Position numbers and translations under genes: made by a program. 64,000 nucleotides of DNA. Source: Microgenomates group bacterium. GTDB taxonomy: Bacteria; Patescibacteriota; Microgenomatia; UBA12405. Location: contig JBAQNJ010000001.1 of the NCBI GenBank assembly GCA_049303675.1, positions 278,994 to 342,993 on the forward strand. The letters are read 5' to 3'. Under the pieces are notes generated by a model. The model saw only the letters and a list, made by a program, of their open reading frames with translations, did not search any database and had not been told where the DNA came from. The first letter of the stretch is position 1; each line of letters starts with the position of its first letter. Of the stretch, positions 20,532-29,525 are shown piece by piece.

Positions 20532-20603
20532 CCGGTGATAGCAAAGCGGTTATGCGTCGGTCTGTAAAACCGATCTAGGTAGGTTCAACTCCTACTCACC
20601 GGA
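20532..20603 (+). tRNA. tRNA-Tyr(GUA), class-I-like (short variable loop, C1:G72)
   Basis: Manual cloverleaf: acceptor CCGGTGA/TCACCGG, anticodon stem TCGGT/ACCGA loop CTGTAAA (anticodon GTA), V-loop TCTAG, T-arm GTAGG-TTCAACT-CCTAC, discriminator A. Confidence 0.7.
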
Positions 20604-20611
20604 CATAATTT

Positions 20612-20663
20612 TAGCGACGGTCTGTAACCCCGCCGCTGCGGGGCAACTCCTACTCACCGGACT
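20612..20663 (+). repeat. Partial duplicate of tRNA-Tyr 3' part (anticodon loop to acceptor 3') with same GC hairpin replacing V-loop/T-stem
   Basis: gcgacggtctgtaa[ccccgccgctgcgggg]caactcctactcaccgga vs tRNA gcgtcggtctgtaaaaccgatctaggtaggttcaactcctactcaccgga. Confidence 0.7.
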
Positions 20664-21297
20664 CATTTTTTAATCTCTCTAATATTTTTGGTGTTATCGG
20701 CCATAAAGTAGCCGCAGTATAATCCGCGTATTCTTCTGGTGTCATTTCTGATAAAGTATTTTTTTTCCCTTCAGGAATAAAAAACCAATCAAAATAATAA
20801 CCAAGTTTTGTAATTCGTAATTCATTTGCCGCTGTACCTCTTGTTCTGACACCTTCCGAAATTACTTCACCATTAGGTATAGCCAAGGCAATTCCATAAC
20901 CAAAATAAATAGTTCGATTTTCAGTACCATTCAATTTGTCTAACAGTTTTTGAGTATTAGTTACGTCCGACTCGTATCGATTGTCTACTCCCAGTATCAT
21001 TTTGTCGTTGCCTGTTAATTCTTTTTTGGATTCTGTCCCTGGCCAGCCACCAAGTGCTTCAAATTCAATTCCTCTGTCAAAAGAAATCGACATCAGACCA
21101 GATGCTCTGCAGTAAGCCCTAGCCTTCAATTCACTATCACCTACAAAGCTACCCGAATTCTCCTCAACTTCAATATCTATCCCCAGTTCTTTAGGGTTTA
21201 CAAATCTATACAGCTTATCAAGTCCCAACTTTCGACAAGAATATAAAAATGGTTCTACCTTTGATCTATTTGTCGTCGCAATTAGTAGGTCTTTCAT
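20650..21297 (-). CDS. Ham1/RdgB-family non-canonical purine NTP pyrophosphatase (divergent)
   Basis: Manual alignment to RdgB: LLIATTNRSKVEP~VVLATGNVGKVRE; EENSGSF..ELKAR; LGGWPGTES; GYYFDWFFIPEGKKNTLSEMTPEE~[24 protein letters not shown]. Confidence 0.55.
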   Translation of the reverse strand: MKDLLIATTNRSKVEPFLYSCRKLGLDKLYRFVNPKELGIDIEVEENSGSFVGDSELKARAYCRASGLMSISFDRGIEFEALGGWPGTESKKELTGNDKMILGVDNRYESDVTNTQKLLDKLNGTENRTIYFGYGIALAIPNGEVISEGVRTRGTAANELRITKLGYYFDWFFIPEGKKNTLSEMTPEEYADYTAATLWPITPKILERLKNESGE

Positions 21298-21308
21298 ACA
21301 CGCTTTAA

Positions 21309-21818
21309 CTACCTTATTTTACACGAATATTTTATTAGATCCTTCGTGATTTTATTTACATCGACCTTTTTTCCATCAACTTTGAAAAAAGCCAAATATC
21401 TAAGCCCAGCTCCCGGTGCTTCACTCATCATTATTTTTAAAACTATTTCTCCAATTTCTTTAGTACTAGTTACTTTCTTCTGACTCAGAATCAACTTTTC
21501 TTCAACCTCATCGAATATTTTCTTTGATGTAATTCCTGAATCTCCTCTATCTATTTTCTTTTGTCCGACGACTACATGGTAAATGGATGAGTATAATTTT
21601 GCTCCAACATATTTAACTCTTTTTCCAGATCTTTTAACGACTGTAATATGTCCTAAATCAATCTTCTCGTGAGTTGTAAACAAAAAATCACATTTTAGAC
21701 ACTTCCTTCTTCTCCATATTTGAATTCCTTTATTTGTTGGCCTTGAGTTCGTCACCTCAATTTGTTCACTTCCACAATTCGGACAAAACATACCCATATA
21801 TTGACATATAATAGCCAT
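21309..21818 (-). CDS. nrdR: Transcriptional repressor NrdR (zinc ribbon + ATP-cone)
   Basis: MFCPNCGSEQIEVTNSR...RRRKCLKCDFLFTTHEKID...VVKRSGKRV; true start probably internal Met (MFCPNCG, about 21791). Confidence 0.8.
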   Translation of the reverse strand: MAIICQYMGMFCPNCGSEQIEVTNSRPTNKGIQIWRRRKCLKCDFLFTTHEKIDLGHITVVKRSGKRVKYVGAKLYSSIYHVVVGQKKIDRGDSGITSKKIFDEVEEKLILSQKKVTSTKEIGEIVLKIMMSEAPGAGLRYLAFFKVDGKKVDVNKITKDLIKYSCKIR

Positions 21819-21855
21819 TTTATCAATTTATAATTTACTTTTGAACTAAAATAAG

Positions 21856-22296
21856 TTGTCATATCTGTCAACAATATGTTCTATCAAATCGATCCTGTTT
21901 GACATTAAATATAAATATCAAATGACAAGGGAAAATATAATCAACATCACAATAAGTGAGCCTTCCCAAATATGTATTATTGTTAGGCAAGCCAACAAAT
22001 TCATCGCTTCAAAACCTTATCTGGGTGTTCATACCATTGGAGCCAGTGCAAATGGTGTAATTTCGTACCCTGTCGGCAACATCGAAGGTTCGTATCTAAA
22101 ACCAACTGTCAAACCAGTCACAATTAGTCCGCCGTTTAGAATTTCCTTATCACAAGATACCAATATTGTTGTTAGTTTTCAGGCGAAAGGCGAATTCTCA
22201 CCAGAACCATCACAAGACTGGATGCTCGACCGACTTAAGAACCAATTTACCAGTGTCATAGCCGACTCACATCCAAAATTAAGACAGTCCACTTAA
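21856..22296 (+). CDS. Hypothetical protein
   Basis: 146 aa ORF, no recognisable motif. Confidence 0.3.
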   Translation: MSYLSTICSIKSILFDIKYKYQMTRENIINITISEPSQICIIVRQANKFIASKPYLGVHTIGASANGVISYPVGNIEGSYLKPTVKPVTISPPFRISLSQDTNIVVSFQAKGEFSPEPSQDWMLDRLKNQFTSVIADSHPKLRQST

Positions 22297-22315
22297 ATTA
22301 TCAGTTAAATTTAAT

Positions 22316-22618
22316 ATGAAAAATATCGTCGTCGACAAGCCAAGTGAAATAAGTCAAATTGCCTATTTCCTTAATCATTCAGATATCTTTAGCTCCGTTA
22401 ATATCAGTTCAATTAGTGCCAATCAAAATTATCTCAAATGGTCCGCTCCTTCAACAGATTATCCTTGCATTTATAATTCATATTATCTATTTTCACCATT
22501 CAAAATAGTATTGTATCCACATCCTTTTGTTGTTCCAACTGATGAAAGTGGCGAAAGTAAAATTATTCTTGACCAAGTAAAAACAAAATTAATGGAAGCC
22601 ATTCTCAGGATAATCTGA
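22316..22618 (+). CDS. Hypothetical protein
   Basis: 100 aa ORF downstream, same strand. Confidence 0.3.
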   Translation: MKNIVVDKPSEISQIAYFLNHSDIFSSVNISSISANQNYLKWSAPSTDYPCIYNSYYLFSPFKIVLYPHPFVVPTDESGESKIILDQVKTKLMEAILRII

Positions 22619-22635
22619 TTTTGCTATAATCATTT

Positions 22636-23685
22636 GTGCAGATTTCTACCTTAATCCTCGAAAATTTTCGCTCTTACACACGACGTGAACTAAAACTTGA
22701 TTCAAAAACTAATTTAATTTTGGGACACAATGGTGCCGGCAAGACTAATATTTTAGAAGCTATTTATTTCCTGTCCTGTGGTAAAAGTTTTCGTAGTAGT
22801 TCCCTATCGCAATTAATCAATTGGAACAGTACTTACACTAGTGTTCAGGGTCAACTTGATGACCATACTCTCGAGGCTCAGCTAATCAAGAATGCTGCCA
22901 AAATGTCCCTTAGTCGTCAGTTCAAACTCGACCAAGTGATCAAAACTCGTCCCAAATATCTCGGCACTATGAAATGTGTTGTTTTTGAGCCAGAGGATAT
23001 TCGACTAGTTAATGGTTCACCCACCCGTCGTCGCGATTATCTCGATAGTGTTTTTGCTACCACCGAGTGGCGTTATGCTGGTGCCCTGTCCCAATTTCAC
23101 CGAGCTCTTAAGCATCGCAATGAATTGCTAGATCAAATCAGGGACGGCAAAAACCAAAAATCAGAGTTATTTTACTGGGATCAGTCTCTTATTAAAAACT
23201 CAGAAATAATTCACGATTTCCGGCAAAAATTTATACAATCAGTCAATCAATTTTTTCAGAACCATTCTTTCACCGAAATAAAAACTTTGTTTTTAACCTA
23301 CCACCCCTCAGTTCTGACTCAAGAAAAATTAGAACTCAATTATTTCCACGACCTCAATTCCGGATTTACCCAAGCAGGAATTCATCGTGACGATTTTACC
23401 TTCAATAATTCAATTTTCTCCACTGAAGACAAGAATTTAGCTTATTGGGGGAGTCGTGGTCAACAGAGACTAGCAGTCCTAGCTCTCAGACTTGCTCAAA
23501 TAAATTATCTAGAGGAAACCTATTCTCAAAAGCCAATTTTACTTCTCGACGATATTTTTTCCGAGCTCGATCCCGAGCATCGCCAGTTAGTTGTCAACAT
23601 CTGTCAAACGTACCAAACCATTTTTACCTCCGCCGAGGACAATATTTCTCACTTTTTACCTCAAGCTAACCAAATTAGTCTCTAA
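22636..23685 (+). CDS. recF: DNA replication and repair protein RecF
   Basis: NFRSYTRREL...ILGHNGAGKTNILEAIYFLSCGKSFR Walker A; C-terminal LLLDDIFSELD signature. Confidence 0.85.
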   Translation: MQISTLILENFRSYTRRELKLDSKTNLILGHNGAGKTNILEAIYFLSCGKSFRSSSLSQLINWNSTYTSVQGQLDDHTLEAQLIKNAAKMSLSRQFKLDQVIKTRPKYLGTMKCVVFEPEDIRLVNGSPTRRRDYLDSVFATTEWRYAGALSQFHRALKHRNELLDQIRDGKNQKSELFYWDQSLIKNSEIIHDFRQKFIQSVNQFFQNHSFTEIKTLFLTYHPSVLTQEKLELNYFHDLNSGFTQAGIHRDDFTFNNSIFSTEDKNLAYWGSRGQQRLAVLALRLAQINYLEETYSQKPILLLDDIFSELDPEHRQLVVNICQTYQTIFTSAEDNISHFLPQANQISL

Positions 23686-23710
23686 AGATATTGTATAATC
23701 TGACTAAATT

Positions 23711-23929
23711 ATGAAAATATCACCAATTATGGATTCAGATGAAGCCACTGCCCAGCAAAGGCTGAAAGAAATATATCGACGTCAAAGAAATGACCTTTCT
23801 ACTGAAACTAGTCTTGAGGATTTACGAACCGAACTAACAATTACCACCAGATTATTGGAACTAAAATGTCGAATTCAATTGAGCAACATGGAAAATATTG
23901 TTGCCGCTTCGGTCGAGGCACAGATGTAA
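23711..23929 (+). CDS. Hypothetical small protein
   Basis: 72 aa ORF between recF and rRNA. Confidence 0.3.
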   Translation: MKISPIMDSDEATAQQRLKEIYRRQRNDLSTETSLEDLRTELTITTRLLELKCRIQLSNMENIVAASVEAQM

Positions 23930-24119
23930 AACTATTTACCCCCTCCACAAACGCAATATTTGTTCTATAATACCTACACTGTCTTTATCAAGACAGGTTT
24001 TTATTGTACATTAACATTCAACCACTCTATTTTTTTAAAGCCACGGCTGTTAGTATCAGAGAGATGACACCGATAATTCGGTATTTCTTTTTTGAAAATC
24101 ATCCCGATCATTCGGGATT

Positions 24120-25617
24120 TGTACTAAGAGTTTGATCGTGGCTCAGGGTAAACGCTGGCGATGTGCCTAAGACATGCAAGTCGAACGGGATTCATTATCT
24201 TCACAAAGTTTCTAATTTTAGTGATTTTGTGAAGATAGTGAGTTTAGTGGCGAACGGGTGAGTAATGAGTACGAACGTACTCTCAAGCGGAACATAGCCC
24301 ACCGAAAGGTGGAGTAATTTTCCATAGTCTCGCAAGAGTAAAGATGCAAATCACTTGAGAAGCGGCGTACTTGCCACCAGCTAGTTGGTAGGGTAACGGC
24401 CTACCAAGGCTATAACGGCTAACGGCTCTTAGCGGAGAGTCCGTCACAATGGGACTGAGACACGGCCCATACTTCTACGGAAGGCAGCAGTTAGGAATCT
24501 TGCGCAATGGACGAAAGTCTGACGCAGCGACATCGCGTGAAGGATGAAGGCCCTCGGGTCGTAAACTTCTTTTATTGTGCCATGAAGGCATTTTGAATCA
24601 ACAGCTACTAACTACGTGCCAGCAGTCGCGGTAATACGTAGGCTGTAAGCGTTACCCGGTTTTATTGGGCGTAAAGCGTCTGTAGGTGGTTTTGTAAGTC
24701 TTGTTTCAAAGACCCCAGCTTAACTGGGGGCAGGGGCAGGATACTGCAAGACTAGAGTGATATCGGGGTTACTGGAATTTTTAGTGTAGGGGTAAAATCC
24801 GTGGATACTAAAAAGAACACCAAGCGCGAAGGCGGGTAACCAGGTATTTACTGACACTCAGAGACGAAAGCTAGGGTAGCCAATCAGATTAGAGACCTGA
24901 GTAGTCCTAGCTGTAAACTATGTATGTTAATTCTCTGTAATTTATTATGGGGGATGTAAGCTAACGCGTTAAACATACCGCCTGGGGAGTATAGCCGCAA
25001 GGCCGAAACTCAAACGAATTGGCGGGGAGGCGCACAACCAGTGGAGCATGTGGTTCAATTCGATACGAAGCGATGAACCTTACCTGGGTTTGAAATGTAT
25101 CTGCAAACCCCCAGAAACGGGGGAATCCTTAGAGGGTGATACACAGCTGTTGCATGGCTGTCGTCAGCTCGTGACGTGAGTTGTTCTCTTAAGTGAGGTA
25201 ACGAGCGCAACCCCCATCCGGTGTTATTGTGTCACCGGAGACTGCCTAGCATTATTTTGTTAGGAGGAAGGAGGGGACGACGTCAAGTCAGCATGATGCT
25301 TATGTCCAGGGCTACACACATCCTACAATGAGGAAGACAATGGGTCGCGAAACCGCGAGGTGGAGCCAATCCCACAAACTTCCTCTCAGTTGGGATTGCA
25401 GGCTGAAACTCGCCTGCATGAACCCGGAATTGGTAGTAATCGCGCATCAGCAGCGCGCGGTGAATACGTTCTCGCCTCTTGCACACACTGCCCGTCAAAT
25501 CAGCAAAGTTGAGGGCACCTGAAGCTTGGCCTTTGGCCGAATCAAGGTGAATTCAGCGATGAGGGTTAAGTCGTAACAAGGTATCTGTACTGGAAGGTGC
25601 AGATGGATCACCTCCTT
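24120..25617 (+). rRNA. rrs: 16S ribosomal RNA
   Basis: AGAGTTTGATCGTGGCTCAG at 24127; GTGCCAGCAGTCGCGGTAATAC; 3' end GGATCACCTCCTT at 25605-25617. Confidence 0.95.
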
Positions 25618-25721
25618 TGAGGATTTATCCGTATTCCAATTTATTGGATATCGGATCATGAATCGAACTCTTTCTGGTACTAACATTTTTGGCTTTAAAT
25701 AAAATAGTGGTTGAATAAAAT

Positions 25722-25752
25722 AAAAATCCCCCAGTAATGGGGGATTTTTTTT
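25722..25752 (+). terminator. Intrinsic terminator immediately after 16S
   Basis: aaaaatcccccagtaatgggggattttttttg hairpin + T-run about 105 nt after 16S 3' end; no 23S or tRNA follows. Confidence 0.7.
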
Positions 25753-25762
25753 GCAATAAATA

Positions 25763-25981
25763 TTATTTGGTTTTAGGTTTAAGATACTGAATTGATATTC
25801 CACCTGGAGTCAATTCGTCTTTCTTTTCCACTCTCTGCCATCCCGCACTACTAAATATCAAAGCCACTGCTGGTTCTTCAACTGGAGATACATAAAAAAC
25901 ATCCCTATCCTTTTCACTTAGAGCTAACCTCGCTCTTGAAACTAATGAATCTTCGATCGCTTGTGCTATTTGTTCTGTCAT
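25763..25981 (-). CDS. Hypothetical small protein
   Basis: 72 aa ORF convergent on 16S terminator. Confidence 0.3.
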   Translation of the reverse strand: MTEQIAQAIEDSLVSRARLALSEKDRDVFYVSPVEEPAVALIFSSAGWQRVEKKDELTPGGISIQYLKPKTK

Positions 25982-26049
25982 ATTGAACTTATTCTCTCCC
26001 TCTCTCTTCTATAAGTCAAATTTTCCGATATTTTTAGTACAATCAACCA

Positions 26050-26573
26050 TGAATCTAATTTTTATCTATGGCCCTCCGGCCACTGGCAAACTTACAGTTG
26101 CTAAAGAATTGTCAATATTGACCAATTATCCTGTCTTTCATAATCACTTAACTTATGATTTAGCATTTTCATTGTTTAAGGGTTATAAGTTTGGAAAATT
26201 AATTGAACAAATTCGGCTTGATGTTTTTCAACACGCCATTAATCAAAAGTTGTCAGGCTTAATTTTTACAGTCGCCTATGGATATGGCTCTGACGATCAA
26301 TTCGTAAAATCAGTTATAAAATTAATCGAAAAATCAGGTAATAAAATTAATTTTGTCCAGCTAAAATGTTCTCGAGAAGAATTACATGATCGTGTCAATC
26401 AGGACTCTCGTCAACAATTTGGCAAGGTCAAAGATGTCCAAAATTTAGACGAATTATTAAACACCAATGACTACTTTACTCCTATTTCATTCGTCAAAAA
26501 TCTAATAATTGACAACACATCTCTCGACCCAAAAACTGTCGCCGAAAAAATTATGAATGAGTTTGCAATATAA
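26050..26573 (+). CDS. P-loop NTPase/kinase (AAA_33-like)
   Basis: MNLIFIYGPPATGKLTVAKEL Walker A at probable start (ORF track begins 25983). Confidence 0.6.
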
Positions 26574-26588
26574 TCCGACTAACCTTCT

Positions 26589-27311
26589 ATGCCTCCATTT
26601 GTTACCAAACTAAAAATCGAGCCGGACAAACTTCCCCAACACATTGCCATTATTATGGACGGCAACCGTCGTTGGGCCAAACAAAACAATTTTGACCCCA
26701 GCAAAGGCCACGAGGCAGGCGCTGCCAATCTCCAAAAAATTGTCGAATATTGTCGCGATATTGGCGTCAAACATTTGACAGTCTATGCCCTATCTACCGA
26801 AAACTGGCGACTCCGTTCCCCCCTCGAAGTCAGGGGATTATTTAATTTATTGATCAAGGTAGTCAAGACCAAGGCCGAGGAATATCAGCGTTCCGGCATC
26901 AAGTTTTTTGTCCTCGGCAATTTTCAAGCTTTCCCTCACAAGGTCAAAGAAGCAATCAAAAAAATATTATCTCTGGCCATAGTTAAGGAAAAAATACAGT
27001 TCAATATCGCTCTCAATTACGGCGGTCGTGATGAAATCGTTCATGCTCTGAAGAAAATTATTCAGGACAAAGTTCCTGAAAACAAAATAGACGAAAATTT
27101 AATTAGCAGCTATCTCTATACCAAAAATCAGCCCGATCCTGATCTCATTATTCGTCCGGGCGGTGAATTTAGACTTTCCAATTTTCTTATTTGGCAAATG
27201 TCCTATGCCGAACTATTTTTCACCAATATTCTCTGGCCAGATTTTACCCCCCGTGAACTCGAAAAAGCCATCTACTGGTACCAGCAGCGCGACCGCCGCA
27301 TGGGAAAATAA
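26589..27311 (+). CDS. uppS: Undecaprenyl pyrophosphate synthase
   Basis: HIAIIMDGNRRWAK...ALSTENW...FLIWQ motifs. Confidence 0.9.
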   Translation: MPPFVTKLKIEPDKLPQHIAIIMDGNRRWAKQNNFDPSKGHEAGAANLQKIVEYCRDIGVKHLTVYALSTENWRLRSPLEVRGLFNLLIKVVKTKAEEYQRSGIKFFVLGNFQAFPHKVKEAIKKILSLAIVKEKIQFNIALNYGGRDEIVHALKKIIQDKVPENKIDENLISSYLYTKNQPDPDLIIRPGGEFRLSNFLIWQMSYAELFFTNILWPDFTPRELEKAIYWYQQRDRRMGK

Positions 27312-27313
27312 AT

Positions 27314-28249
27314 CTATATATTTATTTTCCACTTTGGCGGGTAAAAATACTTAATCAAATTGTTTGCTGGTTGATATCTCGTTTTTATTCGTACTCGATT
27401 ACTTACCAACTTTGGAAATTTTACTCGACAGTATTTATCAGTTTCACAAAACCATCCCTGACAATCAATCGCACTCATAGGCCTGCCTCCCAGATTTTTG
27501 AAATCAATTCCTAGTCTCCGAAATTCTTTTTCCTGATTTTCCACCATATATCGTATGATATCCTCATCACTCTTTCCAGATGTATTTACAAAACATTTGG
27601 CAATTCCTCTGAGTGCCCCAGGCCCAGCTACAGTAAAGTCATTTTCATCAAAATCAAATATTTCGGAATAATTAAAATCAATCGCCAACTGATACGCCAT
27701 AAAATTTCCCAGTAGAGGAAAACCTTTCAAACCTTCATACAATTTTTTCAAAGAATTTGCGCTCAAAATTAACTGTGTATTTTTCTTATTTCCAAAAATA
27801 AAATTCAACAAAGCTAGGTGATTTTCGTGTTTTTTATCAAAACCAAATATTTTGTTCGCACACAAAATAAATGCATTGCCGTATATTGGTTTATTTTCTT
27901 TTATCTTTTCTAATATTCTTGCGTATCTATCAGCACTAAAATTTTTTAGGCTAATTTCTCCCAGATCTAACTCTAACTGCTGCCATGTTTCAATTTTATT
28001 GAGTAGTCTAAATAACAAAATTCTAAAAAGAGTATCCTCTGCCGTAAATTTATCAGTGTAGATTACGTTTTTAATCAAAAATTGGGAAACTCTGTCACTT
28101 GCTCGGTAGACATTACAAAATTTATAACTTTGGTAAATTGGATCATCTGTCAAATGAACAGTTTTATTATTTAATTTACGAAAAAATATTTCTTGTCGCT
28201 CAGCTGCTGTTTTCCAATAGGTGTCATAAACTTTTTGCCGAACTCTCAT
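27314..28249 (-). CDS. Hypothetical protein
   Basis: 311 aa, no motif I can name with confidence; last gene of minus-strand pilin-like operon. Confidence 0.4.
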   Translation of the reverse strand: MRVRQKVYDTYWKTAAERQEIFFRKLNNKTVHLTDDPIYQSYKFCNVYRASDRVSQFLIKNVIYTDKFTAEDTLFRILLFRLLNKIETWQQLELDLGEISLKNFSADRYARILEKIKENKPIYGNAFILCANKIFGFDKKHENHLALLNFIFGNKKNTQLILSANSLKKLYEGLKGFPLLGNFMAYQLAIDFNYSEIFDFDENDFTVAGPGALRGIAKCFVNTSGKSDEDIIRYMVENQEKEFRRLGIDFKNLGGRPMSAIDCQGWFCETDKYCRVKFPKLVSNRVRIKTRYQPANNLIKYFYPPKWKINI

Positions 28250-28254
28250 TTTAT

Positions 28255-28545
28255 CTAGTGACTCAAAAAATCAAACCCCTGTGCCGCCAATCTCATTCTC
28301 ATTACCCCCGCAATCAGCTCTTTATCCCATTCTTCCTGTGCCGATTTCACTTCTCTGGCCTTATCCTCAGCCATTCTCGCCTCTGGGCTCATGGCTTCTC
28401 TTCTAGCAACGGATCTCTCTAACAATTTTGTAAATTCTTCTTTTGCTGCCAACGCCCTAGGGGTAAAACTGCTTCCAGCCCCAGAGAGAGTCTCTATCCA
28501 TCTCTGGTCATTCTTACCATCATCCATTTTGCTTCTCATCCCCAA
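28255..28545 (-). CDS. Hypothetical charged small protein
   Basis: 96 aa, locally higher GC. Confidence 0.3.
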   Translation of the reverse strand: MGMRSKMDDGKNDQRWIETLSGAGSSFTPRALAAKEEFTKLLERSVARREAMSPEARMAEDKAREVKSAQEEWDKELIAGVMRMRLAAQGFDFLSH

Positions 28546-28817
28546 TTATATCCTATTTTTTTACCAACCCGATCTATTGCCGAGTATACAACCACCACTT
28601 GTTTCGCCAACGCCTCATCAATTTCTGCCGAAGATGCTCCCATTGGCAGTAGTAGCCCCCGAGGGAATATGGCTCTGCCTGTACCTACTGGTATTGGCAC
28701 TCGGCACTCTATACAAGCTGTATGAGGAAAGCTAGGTATTCCCCCACATGGCTCTTTTTTTTTCCAATCTTCTTGCGGACAATCTCTTGGTACTTTTCCC
28801 ATACAGAGGTATATCAC
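28536..28817 (-). CDS. Hypothetical Cys-rich small protein
   Basis: 93 aa with CxxxC...C...CxxC pattern. Confidence 0.3.
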   Translation of the reverse strand: MIYLCMGKVPRDCPQEDWKKKEPCGGIPSFPHTACIECRVPIPVGTGRAIFPRGLLLPMGASSAEIDEALAKQVVVVYSAIDRVGKKIGYNWG

Positions 28818-28824
28818 ACTTTCA

Positions 28825-29106
28825 CTACAAAAATTTTACCCCAAACACAACTTGTACAATTTGCGCCACAAAATAGGCCACAAATATAATGATGAATCCA
28901 ATTATCGCCGCCGAAATCTTGCCATAGCCATCTTTTGATTTGGCTTGGTCCCCGCCAGCAGTCATCAGGGTAATTCCTCCCACAATCAACATCACTAGCA
29001 TCGCCAATCCGGCAATGACGTACACATATGGTAAAACTGCACTAATCACCGACCCAATAGTCGGAAACTTAGTACTAATCGCATCAGTTGGAAGTGTTAC
29101 TGCCAT
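28825..29106 (-). CDS. TrbC/VirB2-like two-TM pilin-family protein
   Basis: 93 aa; TM1-MTAGGDQAKSKDG loop-TM2 architecture. Confidence 0.5.
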   Translation of the reverse strand: MAVTLPTDAISTKFPTIGSVISAVLPYVYVIAGLAMLVMLIVGGITLMTAGGDQAKSKDGYGKISAAIIGFIIIFVAYFVAQIVQVVFGVKFL

Positions 29107-29107
29107 A

Positions 29108-29521
29108 TTAATTTATTCCGGGAATTTTTAATATTCCTACGGCCAATAGTCGTAGTAAAAAAAGTGCAAAAATAGACACTAGTAGTCCCGTAATCGCCGA
29201 TGTCACCGTTTCTTGCGCCCCTGCCACTTTCTTGGGATCTCCTCCCGAGGTGGTTAGTAGGAAAAATCCGTAACACATTAGTAGAAATGCAATTCCCCCC
29301 GCCACTCCAAACATCGAAGGTAGCAGCCACGCTACAAATTGATCTATTTTTACCGGTACACAGCCAAAGGCAGTATTTACCTTGGGATCATTACCAGTTT
29401 GGCAAAATGCTTTATTGGTCGCTGCCATAATTGGGCTGACTGTATTTATCATCAACACCGTCACAATTACAGCAACCTTCGCCAATTTCCCAAAATTCAT
29501 ACACAAGTATATCATGCACAC
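29108..29521 (-). CDS. TrbC/VirB2-like two-TM pilin-family protein (paralog)
   Basis: 137 aa; signal/TM then LLTTSGGDPKKVAGAQE loop then TM. Confidence 0.5.
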   Translation of the reverse strand: MCMIYLCMNFGKLAKVAVIVTVLMINTVSPIMAATNKAFCQTGNDPKVNTAFGCVPVKIDQFVAWLLPSMFGVAGGIAFLLMCYGFFLLTTSGGDPKKVAGAQETVTSAITGLLVSIFALFLLRLLAVGILKIPGIN

Positions 29522-29525
29522 CTAA

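Noticed and set aside
24120-25617. Insertions or introns in the 16S rRNA (common in CPR)
   Set aside because: Gene length is about 1498 nt with contiguous conserved blocks, so there is no room for an intron.
25283-25803. ORFs 25283..25498(-), 25328..25522(+), 25495..25803(-) from the ORF track
   Set aside because: They lie inside or overlap the 16S rRNA gene, so they are spurious.
27314-28249. Vague recollection that the 311-aa protein (..YKFCNVYRASDRVSQ..) might resemble phage DNA-hypermodification (aGPT-Pplase / nucleotide-kinase-like) proteins
   Set aside because: I cannot support this from memory of motifs; left as hypothetical. An HMM search would settle it.
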